64,000 nucleotides of DNA from an uncultured Nitrososphaerota archaeon (GTDB lineage Archaea; Thermoproteota; Nitrososphaeria; Nitrososphaerales; Nitrosopumilaceae), in contig OY969559.1 of NCBI GenBank assembly GCA_963701075.1, forward strand, positions 704,001-768,000. The letters run 5' to 3'. The notes beneath the pieces are model-generated. The model did not search any database. It had not been told where the DNA came from and saw only the letters and a list, made by a program, of their open reading frames with translations. A program made the position numbers and the translations under genes. This document shows positions 29,354 through 41,051 of this stretch, piece by piece (position 1 is the stretch's first letter; every line of letters starts with the position of its first letter).

Positions 29354-30058
29354 ATGCAACCTAAAATCGAAGAAGCTTCAGAGCTGTTATCAAAAGACTG
29401 GAAGATTGAACCTATAATCCGTGACTTTATTTTGGGTAAAAGAGTTGATGTATCAGATTTTCCGATAAAAGTAAATGATGTGATATTTCACATACCATAT
29501 CTGTCCTCAGATAATGGGTATGTACTTTGGAAATGCTACTGGCCTGAATGTCATAATTGTTGTAACAGACAGGGAAGGCTACCCCTTACCTCAAATGACT
29601 TGATAACGATAAGCAAGAACATGAAGTACAGCAAGGTTTCCGATTTTGTAAAAAATGAAACCAATGTAACCACATGGGAGGAACAAAGCCCTACTGGTAA
29701 TTCAATTGTCATGACTATGATTAACCTTAAACGAAAAAATGATGAAACAGAAGCAGAAGATGGTACTCATATCAAGTGCAGATTCCTAGATCAAAAAGGC
29801 TACTGTGGTTTACATCCATCAAGACCAAGTGTATGCTATCTCTATCCGTTTTCATCATGGCTTGAAAATGAAAAAGGCAGAGCAAGAGTGCATGCAACAT
29901 TTCAATTTACTGGAGATTGTCCAGGATTCTACTTTGCAAAATCAATTGATGAAATGAGAGATATTCTTACAGAATATTCCAAGATTATCTATGATTATAC
30001 GATGAGCTCAAACAGAACTACGCGTGAGAATCTTGGTTATGTAAGTATGGGCTTTTAG
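29354..30058 (+). CDS. YkgJ-family cysteine cluster protein
   Basis: CHNCC…CRFLD…CGLHPSRPSVCYLYPF; start taken at MQPK. Confidence 0.85.
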   Translation: MQPKIEEASELLSKDWKIEPIIRDFILGKRVDVSDFPIKVNDVIFHIPYLSSDNGYVLWKCYWPECHNCCNRQGRLPLTSNDLITISKNMKYSKVSDFVKNETNVTTWEEQSPTGNSIVMTMINLKRKNDETEAEDGTHIKCRFLDQKGYCGLHPSRPSVCYLYPFSSWLENEKGRARVHATFQFTGDCPGFYFAKSIDEMRDILTEYSKIIYDYTMSSNRTTRENLGYVSMGF

Positions 30059-31065
30059 GCTCGAGCTACCTTCATCATGTCAGCCATTCGAATCTCCATT
30101 CCAAATCTCCATTCATTTTTCTTCATGTATCTGTAGATTGATATGAGATCTGAAAAATTCTTTAGTATGCCAAATTTGCTATCCATCTTGCTTCTGACAA
30201 AAGACAACACTCTGGAATATATTGCAAATTTTTCTAACACCTTTTGACGATACTTTTCATTATTTCCAATGTTCTCAACAAATATGTCAGCACATGTCAT
30301 ACTGGGTATAATTCCCTCCCCAAGTAGAGGATAAACGGTACCTATCGATTCTCCAACTCCAACTACCTTACCATGATAAAATGGTTCACACATGTCAGGT
30401 GTGGCAAGTCGAATCGGTCTTCCCACCGTCTTTATAACTTTGCCACCATATTTCTTCAAGAAGGCATTAGTTTCCTCAACATGGTTTCTATTTTTATCGC
30501 CAGCGCCTATGTGTGCAATGTTTTTTCCCAATGGAAAGTACCAGAAATAGCCGCTCATTGATGTGAAAGGCTTGAGATAAAAGTCATCGAAAGGAACACC
30601 ATTCTCATACTGAACTTTGTATTGAAAAGTTGGTAAATGGAAATCCTGAGAAAGTCTTGGGAGATAAGATCTGTGAAAGCCTGTGGAATCTATGATTATG
30701 TCAAACTCTGATTCTAAGTCTGCAATTTTTGGTGCATTTCCGTAATGAATCTTACAATCTTTTGACATGTCTTTTATCAAACCAATTTTATTGTATGTGC
30801 ATAATCCCATCAATTTGATGGTAAATCGTTCGGAGTTGTTCATACTAATGTACATCTTTTTTCCATCGTGGATAAGATAATCATTAAAATCAAGATCACA
30901 TTTTTTTGCAAACTCCTCCATTGGGCCTTTTGTAGTGCCCCATGCACATATGGAATCGTGGTTTTCCTCTGTAGATCTTTCAAAACCAACTACCTCGTGT
31001 TGATTCTTCAATCTTGCAAGAAGATAGGCACCAGCGACCCCTATGCCGACAACAGCTATTTTCAA
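30055..31065 (-). CDS. FAD-dependent oxidoreductase (geranylgeranyl reductase-like)
   Basis: GIGVAG Rossmann motif, GYFWYFP, VGESIGTVYPLLGEGI. Confidence 0.85.
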   Translation of the reverse strand: MKIAVVGIGVAGAYLLARLKNQHEVVGFERSTEENHDSICAWGTTKGPMEEFAKKCDLDFNDYLIHDGKKMYISMNNSERFTIKLMGLCTYNKIGLIKDMSKDCKIHYGNAPKIADLESEFDIIIDSTGFHRSYLPRLSQDFHLPTFQYKVQYENGVPFDDFYLKPFTSMSGYFWYFPLGKNIAHIGAGDKNRNHVEETNAFLKKYGGKVIKTVGRPIRLATPDMCEPFYHGKVVGVGESIGTVYPLLGEGIIPSMTCADIFVENIGNNEKYRQKVLEKFAIYSRVLSFVRSKMDSKFGILKNFSDLISIYRYMKKNEWRFGMEIRMADMMKVARA

Positions 31066-31118
31066 ACGAGCTTATACCTAAAATTACCTAATAAAAAGAT
31101 GTGGCTGCACAAAGTCGA

Positions 31119-33989
31119 TTATTCTATTAGTATGGCAGGCTTGTATGGTCTTGCAGTCCTAGACTTGTTTTTAGGATCGTATTTGTTTTGATCAGATTCA
31201 GAAAAAACCTGAAGGCCTATACCGTATTCGCTTTTTATCAACGATTCTAATTCCGATAACACCTTTATTTCATCAACAAGACCGACTTTATTTTTAGAAT
31301 CTCTTTCGTCTTGAGGATTGGATAAAATGTCATTGACTGTCTTTTTGACAAAATCAGGATCTTTTTTTATCTCTTCCGTTTCTTTATCTGATATGAGTAA
31401 TTTTATCAAATCTCCAATGTTGATGTCTCCACCTGTGACTCTTTCTAGAATTTTCTGGTAAGCCTTTGCTTTCCATGGAGCAGCTGTGTACATGGTAATC
31501 TTCTTTGGATTCATTTTTGTTACCTTGATTATGTTTTTAATATCACTCAATGTTGTATTGAGAAGAATTTCAGATTGTACCGAAAGCAAATCAATTTTTG
31601 CTTCATCTGGAGTTGGCCAAGAAGATTTTGATACCAAACCTGAATTTCCAAGTCTGGACCACATTTCTTCTGACATGTATGGAGCAAAGGGTGACATCAT
31701 TGCAACCCTTGCAGAAAATATCTCATGCAGAATTCCTGAATAGTCTGTTCTATTTTTTGCCGCAACCCGTCTGAGATACCATTGCAAATCAGAGTCAAAT
31801 TCATATAAAATATGATGAAGAGCTTCCCTTAATCTCATTTTTTGAATCGAGGAAGTTGCTTTAGAAATTAATTGTTGTAAACGGCTTTGAATCCATCTGT
31901 CTTCTTGTGTCAAGACAGTATACTTTGTAGTCTTGTATTTGGTACATTCTTCAAGTATGCTTTCTAGCTTGTTTTTGATCCCTCGTACTGCTTCTTGGTT
32001 GAAATCTGCATCTTGTAATAATTCTGCAGAAATTAAGATTGCAAGTCTAATAGAGTCTGCACCATGTATTTTGATTGCGTCTCTGAGTGGTATTATATTC
32101 CCCATTGATTTTGACATCTTTTTACCGTCCATTAAGACTGAACCATTAACCACTATTTCTTCCGGCCAATACTTTTTTGGAAATATTGCTATGTGATTAA
32201 AAATGAAAAATGTTAGATGGTTTGGCACAAGATCTCTACCTGAATGTCTTGCATTAACTGGATAGTAGTATTGAAACTCTTTTTTTATACTATCTAATCT
32301 TTCCGGAGTTATTTCTGAATCAGACGCAACTTTTTTCAAATCCCCTTTCTCAAAAAATACATAATCAAAAAATGAATCTGATATGTGTTCTGCGTTTATC
32401 TGGCCAGAATTGACATATTTTGCTATGATGTAGTAAGCCATGTAAATGACAGAATCCGATAAACTTTCTATTATCCAATTTTTATCCCAAGGCAACTTGG
32501 TTCCAAGACCATGTTGTCTGGCGCAAGCTCTTTCTTTGAGCCAATCCACTACGTGATTGAATTCATTTCTGATCTCTTCTGGAAGTATCTTCATCTCATT
32601 TATCCAAGAATGAACTTTTTCTTTCCACTCTGGGTTTGAGTAATTGAGAAACCATTGATTATCCAAAAGCTTGACCACGCATTCAGCGCCACATCTGCAT
32701 CTTACGGGAATTTCATTGAGTTCGTACAAGATGTCTGCGTTGCTACTCTCAAGAATCCATCTCTTGACATCCTCTTTTGCATCAGTAACTGTTTTCTGCG
32801 CAAATTTGCCAGTATTTTGTTTGAGTTTACCGCCGTAGAATTCTTTTGCATACAGTTCCTTTGTAGCATCCTCTAACTTTGGATTATTCTGATTGTCTAT
32901 GCCAAATTTTTCAATTATATCCCTTGCTGGAATATCACCATATCCTTCCGTCTCAATTATGGAAATGGGTTTGATTTCTGAAAGGGAAGGTAAGTTGACA
33001 TATTTTCCTATGTTATTTTTTAGATCTTCTAATGCCTGATAATCAAATGGCGCATGAGCAGGTACTGACATTACAAGACCTGTACCATTATCGCTCTTTA
33101 CAAACGTGGCAGGCAATATGAAGACCTCATCACTTCTTTCTGGAATCTTGACTTTTTTGCCTACCAGTTCAGTTCCTGGTATGTTTCCGGTTTTTGTTAC
33201 CTTCTTATTTAGAAACCCTAATTTTGTCGCACATTCTGAGCTAACTATCCATTCTTCATTATCGACTTTTGCAATTTCATAATTGGTATCTGGGTTTACC
33301 CAAAGATTAGTTACTCCAAATATTGTCTCTGGACGTAGAGTAGCAGCTGGCAAAACATAGTTACCATATCTGAATTTGATAATGGTATACTCGGTAAAGC
33401 TTGGTTCAACATCACCCAAAGTATCATGCTGAGAAACAGGGTTCTGATCTTTTGGACACCACCCTACTGGATGGGTTCCTTGAATCACAAGACCGTATTC
33501 CTTTAATTTTTTAAACTGCCACTCTATGAATTTGTTATAACAGGGATCTATAGTAGTGAATTCGCGTCTCCAGTCTATCGAGTATCCCATCTCTATCATG
33601 CCCTCTTTGATCTCTTGATGGAAATAATCTGCAATTTTTACAGGCTCTGAAAATTCTCTTATTTTTTCGTCAGGAACTTTGTATAATGTTCGGAATGCCT
33701 CGATAAGCTCCTTGTCGTTTTCTTGTACTCTTCTGGACATGCCAAGGATTGGAGTTCCAGTGTAATGGAAACCCATTGGAAATAACACGTTATATCCTGA
33801 CATTCGCATGAATCTTGCATGGACATCAGCCAATGTGTATGTTCTACCATGTCCTATGTGCTGTGGTGAATTAGGATAAGGATATGCTACTGTTACAAAG
33901 AATTTCTTTCTTGCATCAGGATCACTTTCAAATTGTTTTTCTGCATACCATTTTTGTCTCCATTTCTCTTCAATCGATATCCAATCCAT
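31119..33989 (-). CDS. leuS: Leucine--tRNA ligase
   Basis: AYPYPN…HIGH and KMSKS motifs; start at MDWISIE. Confidence 0.96.
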   Translation of the reverse strand: MDWISIEEKWRQKWYAEKQFESDPDARKKFFVTVAYPYPNSPQHIGHGRTYTLADVHARFMRMSGYNVLFPMGFHYTGTPILGMSRRVQENDKELIEAFRTLYKVPDEKIREFSEPVKIADYFHQEIKEGMIEMGYSIDWRREFTTIDPCYNKFIEWQFKKLKEYGLVIQGTHPVGWCPKDQNPVSQHDTLGDVEPSFTEYTIIKFRYGNYVLPAATLRPETIFGVTNLWVNPDTNYEIAKVDNEEWIVSSECATKLGFLNKKVTKTGNIPGTELVGKKVKIPERSDEVFILPATFVKSDNGTGLVMSVPAHAPFDYQALEDLKNNIGKYVNLPSLSEIKPISIIETEGYGDIPARDIIEKFGIDNQNNPKLEDATKELYAKEFYGGKLKQNTGKFAQKTVTDAKEDVKRWILESSNADILYELNEIPVRCRCGAECVVKLLDNQWFLNYSNPEWKEKVHSWINEMKILPEEIRNEFNHVVDWLKERACARQHGLGTKLPWDKNWIIESLSDSVIYMAYYIIAKYVNSGQINAEHISDSFFDYVFFEKGDLKKVASDSEITPERLDSIKKEFQYYYPVNARHSGRDLVPNHLTFFIFNHIAIFPKKYWPEEIVVNGSVLMDGKKMSKSMGNIIPLRDAIKIHGADSIRLAILISAELLQDADFNQEAVRGIKNKLESILEECTKYKTTKYTVLTQEDRWIQSRLQQLISKATSSIQKMRLREALHHILYEFDSDLQWYLRRVAAKNRTDYSGILHEIFSARVAMMSPFAPYMSEEMWSRLGNSGLVSKSSWPTPDEAKIDLLSVQSEILLNTTLSDIKNIIKVTKMNPKKITMYTAAPWKAKAYQKILERVTGGDINIGDLIKLLISDKETEEIKKDPDFVKKTVNDILSNPQDERDSKNKVGLVDEIKVLSELESLIKSEYGIGLQVFSESDQNKYDPKNKSRTARPYKPAILIE

Positions 33990-33996
33990 TGTTTTT

Positions 33997-36702
33997 TCAC
34001 TTTCCAAGAATGGATTGTTCAGCAGCAAGAAGGGCATCTTTTATCTTGAGAATGTCTTTCCCTCCACCCTGACCAAACGTATCTTTTCCTCCGCCTGAAC
34101 CACCTAATACTTTGGCTACATCTTTAACTAAATCACCTGCTTTCTTAGTATTTATAGCATCAGCACCGGAAAATGCAACTATGCGAATTGAGCCATTTTT
34201 TATGATCAGGGCACAATAGATGAGAGATTTATCAAGATTGACTGCTTGTTCACCTACTGCTATGTGATATTCGTCGTCAAGCTCTTCTTCAACTGTGATG
34301 AATAACTTAATTTTTCCAAGGCTTTTTGCTTGAGTAATTGAAGTCTTTGCAGAAGACTCTACTGTTCTTTTTATTATGTGCTTAACCTTCTTTTTTGCAT
34401 CCTCTCCATCTTTGACAACATGTTCAAACGATTCTAGAATTTTTTCCTTGCTTGAACCAAGTGATTTGACAATCTGTGATATTTTCTTGTCCTGATTCTG
34501 TGTATATTTGAGCGCTGCTTCTCCTGCAACAAATTCCAATCTTACCACACCGTCTTGAATCCTTTCTGCTTTTGTAATTTTGATTAGGCCCAACTCACCT
34601 GTTTTATTGACATGGGTTCCACCACACGCTTCAACATCAAGACCTTCAATGTTTACAATTCTAACTAATTTTACCGGCACAACTCCGCCTTGATATATTC
34701 TAAATCCGTATTTTTGTTCTGCTTCTCCACGCTCGAATTCATTGATAAGAATTGGTATGTTTTTTCGAATCGTAAGATTTGCAAGATCTTCTATTTTCAA
34801 TATCTCCTCTTCTGTAAGATTTGAATGGTGAGTGATGTCAAGTCTGGCGTAATCCTGTTCCTTAAATGCTGAATGTTGCCAAATCCAAGAACCCAAAGTG
34901 TTTCTTGCAGATGCGTTAAGAACATGTGTGCTTGTATGATGTCGTGTTATGCCGTAACGTCTGACAAAATCTATCCTACCTTTTACAATTTCTCCCTCTT
35001 GTGGGACTCCACCCTTTGTTTCATGAATTACGATATTTCCATGTTTGCTCACGTCGACAACATCATAATTTCCAATTTTACCGTGATCTGGTTCTTGACC
35101 TCCTCCTCTTGGATAAAATGATGTTTTATCGAGTATGGCATACTTTCCATTTATGACTTTGAGTACTTTAGCTTCAAATTCACGTGGATCCTCTTTGTAA
35201 TATAACAAATCTGTATCTGGAATCTTGTCCAAATTCAATTGTACTACTTTTTCAGTTTTTTCTGATTGATGCAGGTCAGATAATCTTTCGTAAAATGTAG
35301 ATGGAATCTCTGCAATGATTTGTGTTTCTTTTAGAAAATCAGGTGTTATGCCATCAGATTCGTATAGTCGAATCAAGTCATCTACATCTAATTTCTTTTT
35401 TTGTGATTTTAACATGTTTGCAATGTTTGTCATTCTAACTCGCGATTCCTTATAACGATCCTTCTCAATTCTGATGATTGTTTTGACATCCTTTCTAGTT
35501 TCTTCAAGCTCACGGTATGTCGATTTTAGGTAATCTACGTGAAGATCGATTAGATCATCAAGATCGAAATTCCAACCAAATCTGTCTATTGTTGCCAGAG
35601 TACGCCTCAATAGCATTCTCAGATTGTATCCTCCACCGACATTACTTGGCAATGCGCCGTCTGATATTGCAAATACTAGAGTTCTTAGATGGTCTGCAAT
35701 GAGGTAAATTCCCTCTAGTGGAGAGATAATTTTGTCCATCTTTACATTATCGATCCCTGCCGCTGAGGCCGCACTTTTTCTTGCTATTGATATGTCAGTA
35801 GTCTCTGATAATGTCTTGGCAATAGCTCTGAAATATTTCGATATGATATCAGAATCAGCGTCTGTGCCTATCTTTTCTATCATGTATTTTGTTATGGGTC
35901 CAAAACAACAATCATAGGCAGTAGGGGTTCCCATCGTAATCCACGCAAATCGTTCAAGGCCTGCTCCCATGTCTATGATTTTTTGGTCCAACACGGAATA
36001 GTTTTCCAAATCCCCTTGGAATTCGGTAAATACCGCATTACCAAGTTCCAACCCTCGTACAAAATATTCTAATGATGATCCAAAAGAGCCTCCTCCTGCC
36101 CACACATCTTCGACAAAAACTATCTCTTCTTTCTTAATTCCAAATTTATCAGTGAGTAATCTGAAATCAAGTTCAACACATTTGTCCTTCCAATAACCTT
36201 GTGAGTTTGGTATGCTGTGTTGACCAATCATGCAAAAACTTGAAAAATGTCTGCCTGTTACTCCCACATTTTCTATGTCTTTGAATCTAAGACATGTTTG
36301 TGGTACAACCAAAGGATTTGCTGGAAATTCAAAGACTACTTTAGAACCCATTACTCTCTGAAAATCAACTATTGAAGCAATTGTAAAATAAAGATCATCT
36401 CTCCACCTGCATACTACTGGATATCTGCTCACTGACTTGTGTCCATTATTTACAAAAAAAGATTCTACCTCCTTCCAAGCCTGTGTGTAATCAAATCTCT
36501 TCCTAGTGGGAGGATCCCCTATGAAGGAATAACTATTTTCTATATGCTCAGGACAAAGATTCTGTCCGTCATCTAACACCCAGAAATATCGACCGCACTT
36601 GGAACAAGATTTTCTCTTAAATCCTTCTTGTTCAAAAAGAGATACCTTGTAATACCTATTAGGGTCTGATGAAAACTTGGCAAGAATCTGACCCTTGTCC
36701 AT
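33997..36702 (-). CDS. alaS: Alanine--tRNA ligase
   Basis: DMGAGLERF, HHTSTH editing motif, CGGTH, GGSGGG tail. Confidence 0.96.
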   Translation of the reverse strand: MDKGQILAKFSSDPNRYYKVSLFEQEGFKRKSCSKCGRYFWVLDDGQNLCPEHIENSYSFIGDPPTRKRFDYTQAWKEVESFFVNNGHKSVSRYPVVCRWRDDLYFTIASIVDFQRVMGSKVVFEFPANPLVVPQTCLRFKDIENVGVTGRHFSSFCMIGQHSIPNSQGYWKDKCVELDFRLLTDKFGIKKEEIVFVEDVWAGGGSFGSSLEYFVRGLELGNAVFTEFQGDLENYSVLDQKIIDMGAGLERFAWITMGTPTAYDCCFGPITKYMIEKIGTDADSDIISKYFRAIAKTLSETTDISIARKSAASAAGIDNVKMDKIISPLEGIYLIADHLRTLVFAISDGALPSNVGGGYNLRMLLRRTLATIDRFGWNFDLDDLIDLHVDYLKSTYRELEETRKDVKTIIRIEKDRYKESRVRMTNIANMLKSQKKKLDVDDLIRLYESDGITPDFLKETQIIAEIPSTFYERLSDLHQSEKTEKVVQLNLDKIPDTDLLYYKEDPREFEAKVLKVINGKYAILDKTSFYPRGGGQEPDHGKIGNYDVVDVSKHGNIVIHETKGGVPQEGEIVKGRIDFVRRYGITRHHTSTHVLNASARNTLGSWIWQHSAFKEQDYARLDITHHSNLTEEEILKIEDLANLTIRKNIPILINEFERGEAEQKYGFRIYQGGVVPVKLVRIVNIEGLDVEACGGTHVNKTGELGLIKITKAERIQDGVVRLEFVAGEAALKYTQNQDKKISQIVKSLGSSKEKILESFEHVVKDGEDAKKKVKHIIKRTVESSAKTSITQAKSLGKIKLFITVEEELDDEYHIAVGEQAVNLDKSLIYCALIIKNGSIRIVAFSGADAINTKKAGDLVKDVAKVLGGSGGGKDTFGQGGGKDILKIKDALLAAEQSILGK

Positions 36703-36779
36703 TTCACAAGTTTTTGTCCTGATGGATATTAAGCATTCTGAAGCAACACATTAAATATGATCTTTTTTGAGAATTTCTT

Positions 36780-37292
36780 ATGTTCATATTTGAAAAGAAG
36801 GGTTGGAAAGAAGGAGACTATGTTTTTGCTTCCAAGCAAAATGGTGATTATAAAGACATTGTAGTAGGTATCGTAACAGGAATAGAAAATTCCAAAATAG
36901 GGGTAAATGGCATTATGATAAATCCAGTCGGCCTGAAGAACAAGGTTTCTCAAGGAAAGGCAGGTCCGCAATCAGAACAAATATTGAAAGATCCCACATC
37001 GAAAGAGATTATCTTTGCCTTAATTTACAGAGTCGAATACGATAACTTTACGGGAATTTTTGATGTAAGTGCTGACTATGTGGAGAAATTACACAAAAAC
37101 ATTTACAATATCATCACTGGATGGGTCAGAGAATCTGTTCCAGAGTTGATAAACAATGTACTTTCTTTATCTGATGGGCCAGATAAGGATCAGGCAAAAA
37201 GGGTTTTGAAGCAAAGGATGGATACATTATATGATAAAGAACTCAAGAGATACATGTATTCTATTTGCAGAAGTCTTAAGATCCTCAATTAG
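36780..37292 (+). CDS. Hypothetical protein
   Basis: 170-aa ORF with normal composition. Confidence 0.7.
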   Translation: MFIFEKKGWKEGDYVFASKQNGDYKDIVVGIVTGIENSKIGVNGIMINPVGLKNKVSQGKAGPQSEQILKDPTSKEIIFALIYRVEYDNFTGIFDVSADYVEKLHKNIYNIITGWVRESVPELINNVLSLSDGPDKDQAKRVLKQRMDTLYDKELKRYMYSICRSLKILN

Positions 37293-37372
37293 ATAATCAG
37301 TCGCACCGCATGTTTTTTTCAAGCAAGAATCTCCATAGTTTTATATTATGGCTCTTGCAAATTTCGTTTACA

Positions 37373-37672
37373 ATGGAATATGTATACGCTGCATTGCTTT
37401 TGCACAAGGAAAAGAAGGAAATCAATGAGGCAAATATATCTAGTATAATCAAGGCCTCAGGAGCTACTGTAAACGAAGCTCAAGTAAAAGCACTCATAGC
37501 AGCACTCGCTGATGTGAACATTGAAGAGGCAATCAAAGCTGCACCAGTTGCAGTAGCAGCACCAGTCGCAGCACCAGCAAGTGGTGCAAAAGAAGACAAG
37601 AAAGAGGCAGAGGTACCTTCTGCAAAGACTGAAGAGCAGGCAATGGAAGGCCTTTCAGCACTGTTCGGTTAA
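37373..37672 (+). CDS. rpl12: Ribosomal stalk protein P1 (L12p)
   Basis: [11 protein letters not shown]…EGLSALFG. Confidence 0.96.
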   Translation: MEYVYAALLLHKEKKEINEANISSIIKASGATVNEAQVKALIAALADVNIEEAIKAAPVAVAAPVAAPASGAKEDKKEAEVPSAKTEEQAMEGLSALFG

Positions 37673-37743
37673 ATCTGTTATTTCTATTTCCTTTTTTGTA
37701 ATTTTCTAAAGATTATTTACTATCTTATCTAATACATTGTAAT

Positions 37744-38379
37744 TTGACAGATCTTTCATTACCTGTTCAGGCTACCGTTCTTGCCTTGGATCTTTTTGGA
37801 ACAATGGCTTTTGCTGTTACTGGTGCGTTCAAGGCAATTGAACACAAAGCTGACATTGTTGGTATAATTATTCTTGCAACAATAACTGGTGTGGCCGGAG
37901 GAACTATAAGAGATATAATAATGGGACATTTCCCACCGCATTTTATATCTGATCCTTATTACGTGATCATAACAGTAACAACTGGTTTTGTAATATTCTT
38001 TCTACATCCAAAAATGCAAAAACATTGGGATCTGTTTTTAAAATTTGATGCAATAGGACTTGGCGTTTTTACTGCTATTGGTGCAACATTTGCATACGAA
38101 GTCTATGGTATGAATTTCCTTGCTATTGCTATGGCAGGTATGGTTACCGCTGTTGGAGGAGGAATCTTGCGAGATATGTTCGTAAACGAGGTGCCTTTGG
38201 TATTTGTAAAAGAACTCTATGCCTCTGCAAGTTTCTCAGGAGTCTTGGTTTTCTATATCTCACTCAACATTGATTCTAATCTGGAGATTGCAACAATAGC
38301 CTCTATTGTGGTTACAACTGTGCTTAGGCTTGTAGCCATGAAATACAACTGGAATTTACCAAAGGCGCGTGAAAAGTAA
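37744..38379 (+). CDS. Trimeric intracellular cation channel family (UPF0126) protein
   Basis: Duplicated GGTIRD / GGGILRD motifs, DAIGL. Confidence 0.9.
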   Translation: MTDLSLPVQATVLALDLFGTMAFAVTGAFKAIEHKADIVGIIILATITGVAGGTIRDIIMGHFPPHFISDPYYVIITVTTGFVIFFLHPKMQKHWDLFLKFDAIGLGVFTAIGATFAYEVYGMNFLAIAMAGMVTAVGGGILRDMFVNEVPLVFVKELYASASFSGVLVFYISLNIDSNLEIATIASIVVTTVLRLVAMKYNWNLPKAREK

Positions 38380-38388
38380 ATTTCTTAT

Positions 38389-39256
38389 TTACTGTGAGGT
38401 ATAGTTCTTTAACTTGCCTGTCAGTGCAACTGCTTGGGCATGAGCTTTTTGAAGTGTCTGGTTCTTTGTTTCTTCAGTCAGATAACCTGATTCAGTAGCA
38501 AGTGACTTGGCATGCTGTGCAGCCCTTGCAAGAATTGCATTGACATTTTCCTTTGTAACGTAACCTATCTCAATGGATAATGACATTGCTTCCTGGTGTG
38601 CTTTTGCAAATGCTTCCCTGTATTTTTCTACGTCAATTAATAGCTCTTCTTGGCTGTATACTGTATTTTCCTCCATTGCTGCGTTTAGAATTATTCCTGC
38701 CTCGACAGGTTTGACATCAAGCTTGCTAAGGAGGGTTGCAAGTTTTGCAGAAATCACATCACCTTTCTTTGCAGCAGTAGAATCTTTAGTTATCCAGACT
38801 GTTCCTTGATCAATCTTTGTAGTAACACCGGCCTCCTTAAAATCAGTAAGGATTGGACCTGGAGTTATTCCGGTATTGCCTGCCTTTATTACCACATCTA
38901 TGCTTGCTTTGTCTCCACCTCTAGCTGCTAGCATTATCTTGTTTTTTCCAAGCAGAATGTTTAGTTTGTGTGGACTCATGTTTGTGAACATTAAAACACA
39001 TTGACCAACTAGCTTGTCAGCTCAGCTTTTCAATAGAAGGCATCTTCAGCACGGCAAGTGCTTTTTGCGCTACCTTGTCTTTAATACTAATAATCTCAAC
39101 GTCGTTTTTGAATTTCTTTCTTAATGGCAATAACTGGGAAGATCTAACCTTTTCCATTCGTACTAGTGCAATTACTTTGTATTTCTTTGGAAGTTCTTGG
39201 ACCTGTTGATACATCTGTGTTTTCTTTTGAGGATATTTTGTTCTATTTTGGTGCAT
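38389..39256 (-). CDS. rpl10: Ribosomal protein L10 (P0), frameshift near 39020
   Basis: ORFs 39017..39256 and 38389..38991 are consecutive parts; GNTGITPGP motif. Confidence 0.9.
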
Positions 39257-39257
39257 C

Positions 39258-39905
39258 TTACTTTGTTCCCACCTGTGGTTTGATTACTTTACCCATTGTA
39301 GTTTTCACCATCACTTTCTTGATGTTCCTGTCACCGCTTGGAAGTTTTTTCTCAATGGTACTGATTACTGCATTTGCATTAGCAGCTAAATCGTCATCTG
39401 CCATGGATTCATCACCTATCTTACATGCTAATGAAAGAGAATTTCTCAGTCTTACTCTAATTGAAGATCTGAATCTTTCCAATATTGCATCTATGGGTGC
39501 ATTGAATGGAACTGGAGTGGGCATTTTTCCTCTGGGGCCCATGAATTGACCTAATGTCTTACCAACATTAGCCATGAGTTGAGTATCTGCAAGAAAGAAA
39601 TCATAGCCATTAATCAGCTTGCGCGATTCTCTCTTATTCGTACCAATTTGTGTCAGTTGTGTTCCGTCTACAACCTTGTCAGCATTTTTAGCTTTTAGTC
39701 CAAGATCGCCTGAAGCAATCACACATACCGATGATGGCTGGTTTAATTTTTTGGGTAACTGGACTGTCTCATTAATGGCAAATCCCTTCTTAACATCAAT
39801 ATCTTTGAAAACCATGATTAGTTCTAGCGATTGTTTGAATTTTCTCTCCTTCTGGTTCTTTTTAGCTTCAACTATCATCTGTGTTATCTGGGACTCGTTG
39901 ATCAT
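39258..39905 (-). CDS. rpl1: Ribosomal protein L1
   Basis: GPRGKMPTP and KTTMGK motifs. Confidence 0.96.
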   Translation of the reverse strand: MINESQITQMIVEAKKNQKERKFKQSLELIMVFKDIDVKKGFAINETVQLPKKLNQPSSVCVIASGDLGLKAKNADKVVDGTQLTQIGTNKRESRKLINGYDFFLADTQLMANVGKTLGQFMGPRGKMPTPVPFNAPIDAILERFRSSIRVRLRNSLSLACKIGDESMADDDLAANANAVISTIEKKLPSGDRNIKKVMVKTTMGKVIKPQVGTK

Positions 39906-40071
39906 TACGAAAGGGCTTTCTGAATGCCTATTTAAAATCGTTTAGTGACAGAATTCTTCGGGAATGGCCCATGTCTAAAAATTTCATTTTATGGAATTTA
40001 AGTTGTAAGAACATCAGATTTCGACAATAGAACCTACATTTATTAAATAGTAACAAAAAGTAGTCGCAAAC

Positions 40072-40530
40072 TTGCACAAATTTGATGAACTAGACATGAA
40101 AATAATTACCGAACTTGCTAGAGACGGTAATATTTCTGTACCAAACCTTTCAAAAAAATTAGGAATAAACACATCTGTACTGTATAGTAGAATCAAAAGA
40201 CTCATCAAAAAGAAACTGATAAAGAAGTTTACAATAGTAGTAGATGAATCCCTCATAGGGATTGGTGTAAGAGCGACAATGGGAATCAACAGAGATCCAA
40301 AGTTAAAGGATCAGATTCACAAATCACTCATGAAAACACCCGAAGTTATAGAGATATCCGAAGTTACAGGTAGGTTCGATATTCTGATTACTCTAAGGGC
40401 GACAAACTTAGAAGAATTACATACTGTGGCAATTGAAAAAATTGGAAAGATAGAAGGAATACAAAATACCGAAACTTTTGTAGAACTTCAGAGGACGGAC
40501 AAAGATTCTGTATATTCTATGACTGAATAG
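40072..40530 (+). CDS. Lrp/AsnC family regulator
   Basis: DELDMKII HTH; VTGRFDI. Confidence 0.92.
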   Translation: MHKFDELDMKIITELARDGNISVPNLSKKLGINTSVLYSRIKRLIKKKLIKKFTIVVDESLIGIGVRATMGINRDPKLKDQIHKSLMKTPEVIEISEVTGRFDILITLRATNLEELHTVAIEKIGKIEGIQNTETFVELQRTDKDSVYSMTE

Positions 40531-40531
40531 T

Positions 40532-41014
40532 TTACTTGAATTTCTCTTCCCACTTGCCTGCATCAATTTCTGCAGTTACTTCTTTGGGGTTCTTTCCATC
40601 TACCTTTATTCCAAGTGATAAGCATGTTCCTATGACTTCTTTTGCAGCAGCTTTGAAGTCTATAGCATAAGAGGAATCGATTTTTAATTTTGCAACCTTT
40701 ACTGCAGAATCTATGGTAATATCTCCAACCCATGTGGCACCGGATGTTCCTGATCCTTTTTGAAGGCCAGCTTCTTTCAAAATTAGAGCAGATGCAGAAG
40801 GAATTCCTACCTCGACTGACCATTGTTTGCTCTTTTTATCTACAGTGACAGTAACTGGAACCTTCATTCCTTCGAAATCCTTTGTTTTTTCGTTGATTGC
40901 AGTAACTATCTGTAAAATGTTTACACCCAGTGGTCCTAAAGTAGGTCCAAGTGGAGGGCCAGCGCTTGCTTGGCCGCCTGTTACAAGTGCAGAAACAGTT
41001 TGAATATCTGCCAT
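40532..41014 (-). CDS. rpl11: Ribosomal protein L11
   Basis: GGQASAGPPLGPTLGPLG. Confidence 0.96.
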   Translation of the reverse strand: MADIQTVSALVTGGQASAGPPLGPTLGPLGVNILQIVTAINEKTKDFEGMKVPVTVTVDKKSKQWSVEVGIPSASALILKEAGLQKGSGTSGATWVGDITIDSAVKVAKLKIDSSYAIDFKAAAKEVIGTCLSLGIKVDGKNPKEVTAEIDAGKWEEKFK

Positions 41015-41051
41015 GATTTCTTTTCCCTCTTTACTGTAAATTTAATCCTTG